Shown in pieces: positions 26,774 to 38,490 of a stretch of 64,000 bases of DNA. The notes under the pieces are model-generated. The model was given only the letters and a program-made list of their open reading frames with translations, searched no databases and was not told the origin of the DNA. The position numbers were made by a program, and so were the translations under genes. How positions within the stretch are numbered: the stretch's first letter is position 1; each line of letters starts with the position of its first letter. The DNA comes from Eledone cirrhosa (taxonomy: Eukaryota): contig OZ024748.1 in NCBI GenBank assembly GCA_964016885.1, forward strand, positions 16,988,001 to 17,052,000, in the 5' to 3' direction.

Positions 26774-27116
26774 CAATGTAGATATATATATATATATATA
26801 TGTGAATATGAAAACAAATGTGCTGCGTGGTTGCAAATGGATATATATATATATATATATATATATACACCAATGTAGATATATATATATATACACAGAG
26901 ACACCAATGTAGATAGATATATATATATACAGACACCAATGTAGATAGATATATACACCAATGTATATATATATATATATATACACACACACCAATGTAG
27001 ATATATACACAGAGACAGCAATGTAGATATATATATACACACACATCAATGTAGATATATACACATATATATCTTTAAATTTACTTCTAAAAGTATAGTG
27101 ACTGTTGATTAATTAC

Positions 27117-27239
27117 AATTGAAAGAGGCCAGGACAGTATGATTTATACATTTTAGTTTTGACTAAATCTTCATTGTATGAACATTTATCACAAATTTGA
27201 TAACTGCCAGATGTAATTCTGTGAAGAATGGGAAAAAAT
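27117..27239 (-). CDS. Candidate coding exon (123 nt, phase 2-2)
   Basis: Acceptor gatgctttcag, donor TT|gtaatt. One open frame: FFPILHRITSGSYQICDKCSYNEDLVKTKMYKSYCPGLFQ. Phase-compatible with the exon at 26338-26512. Confidence 0.3.
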
Positions 27240-27347
27240 CTGAAAGCATCGACAAAATATTTAGTTGAAAGTTTTAGTGTGATATTAAAATGCATTTGAG
27301 TCTAACATAATCTGCTTGAACTACAAAATATATATTAAATTATTACC

Positions 27348-27810
27348 AGGGTCAGCCCCTGCCAAACTTGCTATCTTAAATTCTGTATTTATGCCAACCC
27401 TTACCTATGGTCATGAATCTTGGGTAATGACCAAAAGAATACAATTGTGAATGCAAGCGTCAGAAATGGGGTTCCTCCAAAGGGTCTTTGGAGTAACGTT
27501 ACTTGATAGAGGTCATAGTTCTGAGATCAGAGAGTCGCTCCAGGTAGACCTGCTACTTCTCCAAATTGCAAGATCACAGCTTCGATATTATGGATATATG
27601 GTTAGAATGTTCCAGGAAAGAATCACTGGACAAATTTTATGGGCAAAAACTAACAGATAGGAGACCTAGGGGTAGACCCTGAGTAAGATGGTTGGTTAAC
27701 ATCCATGAGCTCAACTGGGTCACAGTTCTTTGGAGTAATGTTACTTGAGAGAGGGCATAGTTCTGAGATTAGAGAGACACTCCAGGTAACAATACTACTT
27801 CTCCGATATA
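27348..27810 (+). mobile_element. RTE-clade LINE fragment (Rex3/Expander-like), pseudogenised, with an internal partial duplication
   Basis: AKLAILNSVFMPTLTYGHESWVMTKRIQL*MQASEMGFLQRVFGVTLLDR...SQLRYYGYMVRM. PTLTYG.E.W and EM.FL are RTE post-RT motifs. Confidence 0.92.
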
Positions 27811-27935
27811 CCCAGGTACACACTGTAGGGCTACCCAGGGCATTATATACCCAAGTACACATTGTAAAGCTAGTCTAGGGTACTAAATACCCAGGTACAC
27901 ATTATAGAGTTAGACTAGAGTGCTAAATAACCAGG

Positions 27936-28130
27936 ATTCTGGAAGGAAGGTTGGCTGGTAAGAGAAGCAGAGGCCAGCAGCCAAAACAATGGCTTGAAAA
28001 TGTCAATTCATGGAGTGGACTTGATTTTTGCTCTTTGAACTCTGCTGCTGGTGATCGAACTTTGTGGAGAGAGATATTACATGTTGATGCACAGTCTGCA
28101 ACTGGTGGAGTTTAGCGTCACAAGAAGATG
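27936..28130 (+). mobile_element. Second RTE family 3' end (BovB-like C-terminus)
   Basis: ILEGRLAGKRSRGQQPKQWLENVNSWSGL...DRTLWR, stop at 28113-28115. Confidence 0.75.
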
Positions 28131-28529
28131 TAATCTGAAAAATAGAGAAATATCTTTGAAAAATGTTGAAGTTAAGAAATTTAAATTCTTTTCTCCTTGT
28201 AAGAAACTGAGTGTAAGATATGAGTTTAGTTGAGCTGTGGTACTCAGTAACAGATTTGACCTATTTAAAGTTTAGTTGATTTCTCAAATAGAAAAATGTA
28301 GTCCCATTGATGTGGTGTGGTGCAGTGTGGTGTGCCGGGATGTGGTGCGGTGTGGTGTGATGGTATGTGATATGGTGCAATGAGATGCAATAGTACATGG
28401 ACTAGCGTGATGTGATGTAGCATGGCCTAGCCTGATGTGTTGTAATGTAATATGATGACATCAGAACCATTATCACATTCAATATCAGCCTTTCTATTCA
28501 TTCAGCTTTGACATTGACAAACTAGGAAA

Positions 28530-29060
28530 GTGAATTAATGGTTGCTGCACAAGTATGTTGCACATTGCAGGTCAAATCACTGTGTTTGTGACCATGAGGA
28601 GTTAACAAGTGATTTTGGTTCTGTGGGAACCTTTTGATGGATACAGAAACAAGGGTAGGGGGAGAAGTTATTACATTGATAACTTGCTGGAAAATACTGG
28701 AGTGGATGGTGTAGGAGAGTTCACAATGCTGATGGTAGAGAACTTTGGTGGGCACATGGACATACAGACAATTGGCTGATCTGGTAGTCACCATTTATAG
28801 ATAGATATATCTTGGACAACATTGTCTAATGTGCTAAATTATCTAATATACCCTTTCTTTATCCCTTTTGATACCAAACCACTTGAAACCAGTCCTTAGT
28901 TCTGTGGAAATCATCAAATGATTACACAACAGGGGTAGAATGAGAAGAAATTACATTGATAGCTTCCTGGAAGATACCAGATGGGATAAAATCGAAGAGA
29001 TCAGAATATTGATGATAGTCAGAGAACTTTGGACAGTACATATAGAATAGATGAATGACC
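28530..29060 (+). mobile_element. Third RTE-type 3' fragments (two decayed pieces)
   Basis: LVLWEPFDGYRNKGRG...YIDNLLENTG motif; similar YIDSFLEDT at ~28950. Confidence 0.65.
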
Positions 29061-29887
29061 TAGAGTTGTTATAGATAGATAGATAGATTGACAAGTTCTC
29101 AGCACCCATAAACAGTTGAATAAATTTCATAAAATAAGTAAAGCCTGCGTTATTATTGATGGTTCTAAGAGTGATGAAGATGAATTTGGCAGCAACAGCA
29201 ATAGCAACAATAGCAGCAACAGCAGCAAACCTGGCAGACATTAACCAAGTTAAACGTGACTCTTGATAACAGGAATAATATTACAATAAGTCAGGGTTAT
29301 AAATGTTCATGAAGTTAAACGAATTATGTGTTTATATAAATAAATAATCAGGTCAGACAGTTATGAAATTACAAACCTGAAATAATTATAAACATTTGTT
29401 ACTAATAAACGTCTCGTATTCCATAGAGTTTGGCATGGCTAATTGAAATTGGAAATTCTCAGTATGCACTTTGCAGTACAATCAAGTTGTCCCAAGATTA
29501 TTGAATAATAATTTTTTTTCTCTCTTCCTCTCTCTTCTCCTCTACCTTTATCTCTCTCTCACACTCTCTATCTCTCTCCCTCCTCCTCTCTTTTCCTCTA
29601 CTTTTATCTCTTTCTCTCTCTCTATATTGTGCTATATTTGTAGTTGCATAACTTGATATGCTGCATAAAACTCTCTTGTACATAAATAACATCACCTTCA
29701 CGGTCATTGTTATGATGATAGTGATGATAGTGATGATGGTGTTGATGATGATGAACCTCAATATCATCATCATCATCTTCATCATGGTAATCATTGTCAT
29801 CATCATTGACATTACACACACACACACACTACATATATAATCATTATCCATGCATGCATTTATATATATGTGTGTGTATATATATAT

Positions 29888-29918
<31 letters not shown>

Positions 29919-29923
29919 GAGCG

Positions 29924-29939
<16 letters not shown>

Positions 29940-29967
<28 letters not shown>

Positions 29968-30100
29968 AAAAGGGAAAAAATATATTTTTCTTCCTCATAA
30001 TCGTCTCTTTCTCCCTGTTTTCATATATATATATATATATGAAAACAGGGAGAAAGAGACAATTATGAGGAAGAAAAATATTTTTTTTTCCTTTTTTGTT

Positions 30101-30118
<18 letters not shown>
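29940..30118. repeat. Near-perfect inverted duplication centred on (TA)n
   Basis: ...cttcctcataatcgtctctttctccctgttttca(TA)ntgaaaacagggagaaagagacaattatgaggaag...; arms extend into (GA)n and (TC)n. Confidence 0.95.
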
Positions 30119-30154
<36 letters not shown>

Positions 30155-30186
30155 AACACACTTGCATATATGTATGTATACATATG

Positions 30187-30248
<62 letters not shown>

Positions 30249-30280
30249 AACACACTTGCATATATGTATGTATACATATG

Positions 30281-30322
<42 letters not shown>

Positions 30323-30574
30323 CATACAGAGACACTTCCTTACGAGCGAGACATGGTCTCCCGACCATTCCCGCATGAATGGAACAAAACTGTCTAACCC
30401 ATGCTAGCGTGGAAAATGGACGTTAGACGATGATGATGATATATATTTATATATATAATTATTTTCCAAAATGGCTGACTGAATACACACGTGTTTTTCC
30501 TCAAAAAAATGTTTTTCCATTCCTTCCTTTTCTCGCTCTCTATTTTTCTATTGCATCTTTTATTTCTCATTCTA

Positions 30575-30610
30575 TCTTCTGATGAAGAACTAGCGTCCGA
30601 AACATTAAAC
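30575..30610 (+). ncRNA. Minimal hammerhead-like motif, family H1 (core intact, stems mutated)
   Basis: tctt-CTGATGA-a-gaac-tagc-gtcc-GAAA-catt-aaac. Confidence 0.55.
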
Positions 30611-31035
30611 ATTTTCCCTACTATATCAAGCATTAAACGAATATATTTCATTATACTGTGTTGTTTCCTTTATTGTTTCCATTTACTTTTTGCATATATA
30701 TTTACATACACTTATATATATATTTATATATTTATATATATATATGTGTGTGTGTGTGTATATATTGAAATGTGTAAAGAGCTCAATACAACTATATAGA
30801 GCTGTTTATAACTTATAAATGAAGTTGGAATTACACATCTTGTGGCTATTAGCTTCATGTTTTATAGATTTCCAAACAAACAGTGAAATAAGTGAATCAA
30901 TCTTTATAGTAATAGAATGAACAATATATATGCATACATCTATATATAATGTTGAATAATTCACATTAACAATATATAAACCTTTTTTGATCTGGTTGAA
31001 TTGTTATTGCGTAAGTCTGTTAGTTATTCACTTAC

Positions 31036-31085
31036 AAGTCTTTGATAAATGATGACAAATATAGTGAATATTTAATGCGCATTAA
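31036..31085 (-). CDS. Candidate short exon (50 nt)
   Basis: Acceptor gatgttctttag, donor TT|gtaagt. Reads LMRIKYSLYLSSFIKD and ends in phase 2, compatible with the exon at 27117-27239. Confidence 0.22.
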
Positions 31086-31189
31086 CTAAAGAACATCTTT
31101 TATATATTTTTAGAGTCATTAACTGACTCTTCAGTTCTCACCTATACAGAGATTGAAAAAAATAGTTTAAAATATTTTGATTTGTTGTC

Positions 31190-31560
31190 AGAAAGAGAAT
31201 GAGGTGGTTGGGTCATGTGTGGAGGAAGAAGGAACATGACAGGGTGAAAGGAGTAATAGAAATATAACTTCGTTTCTCACCCAATTGGATATTTCAAAAC
31301 ATTTTTAGATATTTTGATTTGTTTAAGAGAAATAGAATGATGTGGTTGGGTCATGTGTGGAAGAAGTATGAAAGTGAATGGAAATAGAAATGAATATTGA
31401 AAGAAATAGAGAAAGGGGAAGACCAAGAAAATATATATCAGATGTGATGAAGAGGTAGTGAAATCTAGTGAGTTTATAAGGGCAAGCAGAGATGCAGACA
31501 TTAGAGAAAAAGGGAGAAACTTGCCACCCCACACTCCACATCCCTTATTGCATGGCTGAC
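31190..31560 (+). mobile_element. Decayed RTE-type 3' fragments
   Basis: RMRWLGHVWR and RMMWLGHVWK, then RNRERGRPRK. Confidence 0.7.
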
Positions 31561-32086
31561 CCTTTCTTTTATCAGGAGAAATGGCCTTTAAAAAACGTTG
31601 TGGTTGTATATTTTGATTTGTCATGACAAAAAGGATGTTTTGTCAACCCAAATTACACAGACCTCATTGCATGGCTAACCCTTGCTTTTTTGCTTTTATC
31701 AAGGGAAATGGCCTTTAAAAAAGCCTAGTGGTTGTATATTTTGATTTATCATGACAAAAAGAATGTTTAAGGTGGAATATTTTTTTATTACAACAACAAA
31801 TTAATTTTATTTGAAACAATTTTTTTTTCAACATTGGCAAATATTCCAAATAATTTTAGTCATTAATAAAGTAGTATAGTTTATATAAATCATTGATAGA
31901 TATGTAATAACTGACTGATAAGTTTCAGAAAGCTGATACAATGCTGTAGAAATATATAAAGGGCCTAGAAATATATAAAGGGCCTAGAAATATATAAAGG
32001 GCCATCCTCATATCTAAGGGTTGAGGGTCATGGACTTATAGACCAGCACTTTCCACCTTTTCTCTGTCCATTCCTTAAAATCATCT

Positions 32087-32300
32087 GGGATTGGCAGTAT
32101 TGGTAGAGAGTCGGACACCATGCTTTGCAGCATAGTTACAGTTCTTTACAGTCTGAGTTCAAATCCTGCTGAGGTTAACTTTGCCTTTCATCCTTACAGG
32201 GGTCGATAAAAAAAGCACCAGTAACGTACTGGGGTCGATTTAATCGACTTTCCCCTTCCCCCCAAATTACTGGCCTTGTGCCTATACAAGAAATCAATAT
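32087..32300 (+). mobile_element. Family 1 SINE (long variant) inside a decayed minus-strand LINE fragment
   Basis: A and B boxes present. Flank at ~32430-32452 reads LGHVLRK on the minus strand. Confidence 0.8.
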
Positions 32301-33102
32301 TATCCGTCCATCTCCTTTTCTGACATCCCCTGGCCATTTTCCCTAGAATGACAAATATCATGTTGAAATATACTAGTTAAACTTTCACATTTGTACTGGC
32401 TCTATTCCTCTCACCCAGTCACTTTCATACTTCCTCAATACATGACCCAGCTATCAACTATTTCTCTTTCACATCATCTGTCACTGGCTCTATTTCCATA
32501 ATCCTCTGCAGGTCTTTACATGTCTTCTGTCTTTGTTTCTCTCTCTGTGATACTCCATTCAACCACCAGGCGATTCTCAACAAAGACTCTATGAATTATT
32601 GTATCATGTATCCAAAAATCTTTTGATAAATCAAAATGAATTCAGATGTTGATTAAATTGTTCCTTAAAGTTATTCAGCTAATTTCATTAAACTTACTAG
32701 CAGAAAAACCACCGTTAGGGTGGTTTTCTGCTAGCATGTGTAGTGTGTATATTGATATTATACGCAGGTATATATACATGTAGATATGATACATCAAATA
32801 AAATCGTAATTGACAATATATAATACATAGAAATTGAACGAAGACTGTGTTACACTGTCTTAGGTAATCAGTAACGTAATCCATGATACATTAAAAAAGA
32901 CGATATTATGTATAAACTGCATTAGGAGAAAATTAGTGATGGAAAATTAGTATGTTTATTTAAGCGATCGCCACCGGAAGTGTTGACATTTCAGAAATTT
33001 TAAAGAAGTGAATCTTTAAATAAACAAAATATATTTAATGAATAGCCACGAAATTTCGTAGATAAATTATGTAATATTCATTCATTTTTTATTCAAAGTA
33101 AT

Positions 33103-33288
33103 AAGGGCGGTGGATTGGCAGTATCGGTAGAGGGTCGGACGCCAAGAAAAGAGTTACTTCCCTTTGCGGTCTGAGTTCAAATCCCGCCAAGGTTAACTTT
33201 GCCTTTTATCCTTACAGGGTCGATAAAATAAAGTACCAGTAATACACTGGGATAAATGCTGGCCTTGTGCCAAAAGTAGAAACAATTA
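33103..33288 (+). mobile_element. Family 1 SINE with a 15-bp TSD
   Basis: tttattcaaagtaat at 33088-33102 and 33289-33303. Confidence 0.93.
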
Positions 33289-34959
33289 TTTATTCAAAGT
33301 AATCCAACTTATTTTACAACCAGGATAAAAAAAAATAAACCGTACACAATCCCACAGACCTTTCTTTATTATAGTTTAGATTGAACAAAAGTTAAACAAT
33401 AATGAACATACTAAAAAAGTATGAAAAAAAAGGGGGGGATATGGGTTAAAGAAGAGCAAATCTGTCTGTATAGGAAAGTAAAAAAAGCACTATAAATGTC
33501 ATAAATGAGAGGAAAAGAATGGGAAGAGCAGGGGCTATTAGGCAACAGAAGAAAGAATAGAGGAAGGGTAGAGCATGGCAGACTCTACACCTAAGTCAGG
33601 GGAGTGTTTCCACAGTGTCCTACAGACAAAATTGCAAAGGCAAATAACCTTTCAAAAACTAAATTATTAGCTATACATATTTTTGCACAACAATATATCG
33701 ATTTTTAAAGACATGAATTATATAATACATGGACTAGAATTATTGAGTAGAGATTGTTGTTTAGGGGTTTTACATTTGATGTTTGGTACTTTTGTGACAC
33801 ATTGTATGTACAGCTGAAATTAAACTTAATATTATTTCTATAAAATGTTTTATAATATTCATGATTTTCTGTAAAGTGTTAATCAAATAAATAAAGCAAC
33901 ATTTATCTATAGCTGTACTTAGAAAGAGAATGAAGCATTAAAACAAATGATTTTATGTATGTGTATTTTCACCTGTCTGAGAAATAATATTGTTTAATTC
34001 ACAAATTTTATCTTTAAACTAACTCTATTGCAAAGCTATGGTTTTGAATATAAAATTAGTTATATAAATCATATTAATTCTTAGACTCATAAAAATACAA
34101 AACATTAAATCTCATACAAATATGTATGAGTAAGCATAAATGTATTTATGTATATTTAAATATATACATAAATAAATAAATATAATATATATATATTTAT
34201 ATTTATACAAGGACATATGTCTATATATAAACATATGTATCTGCATGTAAATATATATTTATACAAGTACATATATGTGTATATATAAATATATATATAT
34301 GTGTATATATATATATGTATATGCATGTAAATATCTATTTATACAAGTACATATATGTGTATGTATAAATATATATATATATGTATATATATATATATGT
34401 ATATGTATGTAAACATCTATTTATACAAGTACATATATGTGTATATATAAATATTACATAATTTATCTACGAAATTTCGTGGCTATTCATTAAATATATA
34501 GTAAAACCTACTCCAGCCAGTAGGCATCTCTAACAAATACACCCCGTCCCACCACCCCCACCCGATCCACACCACCCCGTTCTATGTAAAGTTATGTTGG
34601 TGCCGCGCCATCGAGGCCGAAACAAATGAGATCGTGTAGGTGTCACGACAAAAAAACACACAGTCCACGCTGTAATGTGGCCGTGTAGGCAACACGGTAA
34701 AAACCTCCCAGACCCACACTGTAAATGTGGTTGGTGTTAGGAAGGGCATCCAACTGTAGAAAACCTGCCAGACAGTCCTATGCGAGCAAGACAATCACTC
34801 TTGCCTCAAGTGGGACTACCCCCGTCCAAACCCATGCAAGCGTGGAACACGGACGTTAAACGCTGATGATGATGATGATGATGATAAATATATATATATG
34901 TGTATATATATATATGTATATGCATGTAAATATCTATGTATACAAGTACATATGTGTAT

Positions 34960-35350
34960 GTATGTATATATATATATATATATGTATAATAATAATAATA
35001 ATAATAAATATTGTGTACAGTGTTCAGGTGCACTACAACTCTTCAAAAAGTGTATGTATAGTACATAGTTTAATGTACAAACGTATGTATGTGTGTATGT
35101 ATGTATATATATATATATGTATAATAATAATAATAAATATTGTGTACAGTGTTCAGGTGCACTACAACTCATCAAAAAGTGTATGTATAGTACATAGTTT
35201 AATGTACAAACGTATGTATGTGTGTATGTATGTATATATATATATATGTATAATAATAATAATAAATATTGTGTACAGTGTTCAGGTGCACTACAACTCA
35301 TCAAAAAGTGTATGTATAGTACATAGTTTAATGTACAAACGTATGTATGT
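34960..35350. repeat. 129-bp tandem triplication
   Basis: ttgtgtacagtgttcaggtgcactacaac at 35011, 35140 and 35269. Confidence 0.95.
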
Positions 35351-36066
35351 ATGTATGTATGTATGTATGTATGTATGTATGTATGTATGTATACATGTGT
35401 GTATGAACATGTGCAATTGAATTTACATATGATCTTTTCATTTAGATATATATTGAAAACACAACTGTGTGAAGTTTTTTTTTTTTGTCTTATTGTTTTC
35501 TTCATATATATTCCTTTGCAGTTTGTTTACCAAATTAAAGTTCTACAAATTCTTAGTTTATATAGATTTCTAGTCTCTATTTCAGTATGAGGTATTGTTG
35601 TAGTATGTTGTTTGCTGAGCCAATGTAATTGATATAAACATTAGCACTATATTTGTAGCTTACCTACAAGACTTACACCTATTATCATTAGTCAGGTGTT
35701 GGTTTTTGTTAGTGAAGAGGTTATGGGGTCAGTTTTTATTTTCACAGTATGTTGCATTATAAGTATTGCTTCTATAATTAATGGTCTATATTTGTAGAAA
35801 AATGATATACATACATATATATATATACATACACACATATGTGTATGTGTGTATGTATATATGTGCAAAAATATCTTTGCATATGTGTGTATGTATGTAT
35901 GTATGTATGCATGTATTATATATATATATAATAGTTACGTCCCTTTACGATCTGAGTTCAAATCCCGCCGAGGTTGACTTTATCTTTCATCCTTACGGGG
36001 TCGATAAAATAAAGTACCAGTAATGCACTGGGTAATTGCTGGCCTTGTGCCTAAAGTAGAAACAAT

Positions 36067-36097
<31 letters not shown>

Positions 36098-36812
36098 ATG
36101 TGTACAAAGAAAGTGGGGTAAGGAACCAGGTGGACCATAATGCATCAGAGTACTCGATACTTAGAGTAGTAGAGTGGGTAATAGGAAAAGAGTCCGGACC
36201 CCTACTGGGTTAGTTCGGATCTAGCTGTCGAATAGCCGGAGCTCAGCCATTGGGGTTCTGACTCTTTCCCTATATATGTGTGTATATATATATGTGTATA
36301 CACACACACACACACACACACACTTATACAGATGTCAAAATCTGAGCATATATAAGAAGAGATATAGGAAAAATGAAGCAAAACGAAATCCCCAAAACCA
36401 CACAAAGCCCTCTACTATCGGTTGTTCACTGGAGATCAACATAATATTTATACATTTAGGACAGAATTGTTAACCCCAGAACACCAGGGATAGAAACTAT
36501 TAAATAAGATATATTTATTGTTTTCAAACTGAAAATAAAATGCAATGACAAGATAGAACATGCACACATACATATATACATGCACACACACACATATATA
36601 TATATATATACACTCACAGATATATAAATACACACACACACGCATATATAAACACACACATACACATATATATATATATATATACACACAAATCTATATA
36701 GATGTATGTATATATATATACACACACACACACACATCTATATATTTATATATATATATATATACACAAATCTCTTCTATATATATATTTATATACATAC
36801 ATATATATATAT

Positions 36813-37100
36813 ACACACACACAAATCTCTCTCTCTTTCTCTCACTCTCTTTCTGTATGTATAAATATATACACACACAAATCTCTCTCTCTTTCTCTCA
36901 CTATCTTTCTGTATGTATAAATATATACACACACAAATCTCTCTCTCTTTCTCTCACTCTCTTTCTGTATGTATAAATATATACACACACAAATCTCTCT
37001 CTCTTTCTCTCACTCTCTTTCTGTATGTATAAATATATACACACACAAATCTCTCTCTCTTTCTCTCACTCTGTTTCTGTATGTATAAATATATACACAC
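36813..37100. repeat. 56-bp tandem repeat, 5 copies
   Basis: acacacacaaatctctctctctttctctcactctctttctgtatgtataaatatat. Confidence 0.93.
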
Positions 37101-37380
37101 CTATACACATCTATACAATAGCTCTACAATGATATTGGAGACATATGTACTTGTATAGTATTTATCACACTGCAAATTGAAAATAAAGCAGAAATGTAAT
37201 AATATGATAGAAATAGATTCCTTTATCTTCTCTAGCTAAACTCATTTATTTCATACTGGGAAACTAGCAACATTCTAACGACCACTACACCATTAATTTC
37301 TACACTACATTTCTCTGTCAATATCATCACCAGCAACACTGTTGCCGATAACAAACCTCTATCTTAAGCATGCATGTATG

Positions 37381-37412
<32 letters not shown>

Positions 37413-37746
37413 ATACAGAAATGGCTTCTACAGGACTAGATCTGTTTCATTCTGGAGAAATCATCAAGAAGCCCCTATGTATTGAGTACCTTACTGTGGT
37501 TACCCCCAATAAACTTATATATATATGGAGTGAGAGAGTGATAAATAGATAGATTGATAGTCAGTCTGTGGTGCTGAGACTGGCATCACTAATCATAGGA
37601 GTACTCAATGCATGGGGAGATGCAGAGCAGGTATAGAGATATGTAAAAACCCGACAATGGCTCCAAGCAGTTTCGGAAAAACTACTTGAAGCCACGGTCA
37701 GGATTTTACATCTCTCTACCTATCTATCTATATATATGTGTGTCTA

Positions 37747-37805
<59 letters not shown>

Positions 37806-38269
37806 TATACATACATACCTACATACATATGACTAGTTAGGAAATTGCAAGTACAATCCATTAATGGACCAGTAAAAATATGTAAAACATTCCAGAAATT
37901 CTGCATCTAATAACTGCCTGTACACATGTACAGATACAAAACATATGCACATGCCCACATACAACTCAAAACATCCACATCCACACATACAATAACATCC
38001 ATACCTGCACACGCACACATGCATACATATCTACCTGGTTGATGTGTAAATTCCAATGAGAGTCTTGTATCTATGTTAAAAATTGATTCACTCTCTATTG
38101 GCAAACATTTCTGAAATTAACCAGAAGAACATACATACATCGACACATATATATCATCATTTGACATCTACTTTCTACAATTGCATGGCTTAGAAGGTTG
38201 TTATGCTCATAAGAATATGTATTTTAGTTTGGTTTCTATAGCTTGATTCCATCCTAACACCAAACATGG

Positions 38270-38490
38270 TACAGTGTGGACTGGGTGCTTTTTACTGTGG
38301 CACCAAAATAACCAACTAACAGGGTGGACTGGGTGCTTTTTACTGTGGCACCAAAATAACCAACTAACAGGGTGGACTGGGTGCTTTTTACTGTGGCACC
38401 AAAATAACCAACTAACAGGGTGGACTGGGTGCTTTTTATTGTGGCACCAAAATAACCACCTAACAGGGTGGACTGGGTGCTTTTTCTTCT
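38270..38490. repeat. 48-bp tandem repeat (~4.5 copies) derived from the family 3 retroposon
   Basis: acagggtggactgggtgctttttactgtggcaccaaaataaccaacta, preceded by cctaacaccaa from the minus-strand family 3 element. Confidence 0.9.
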
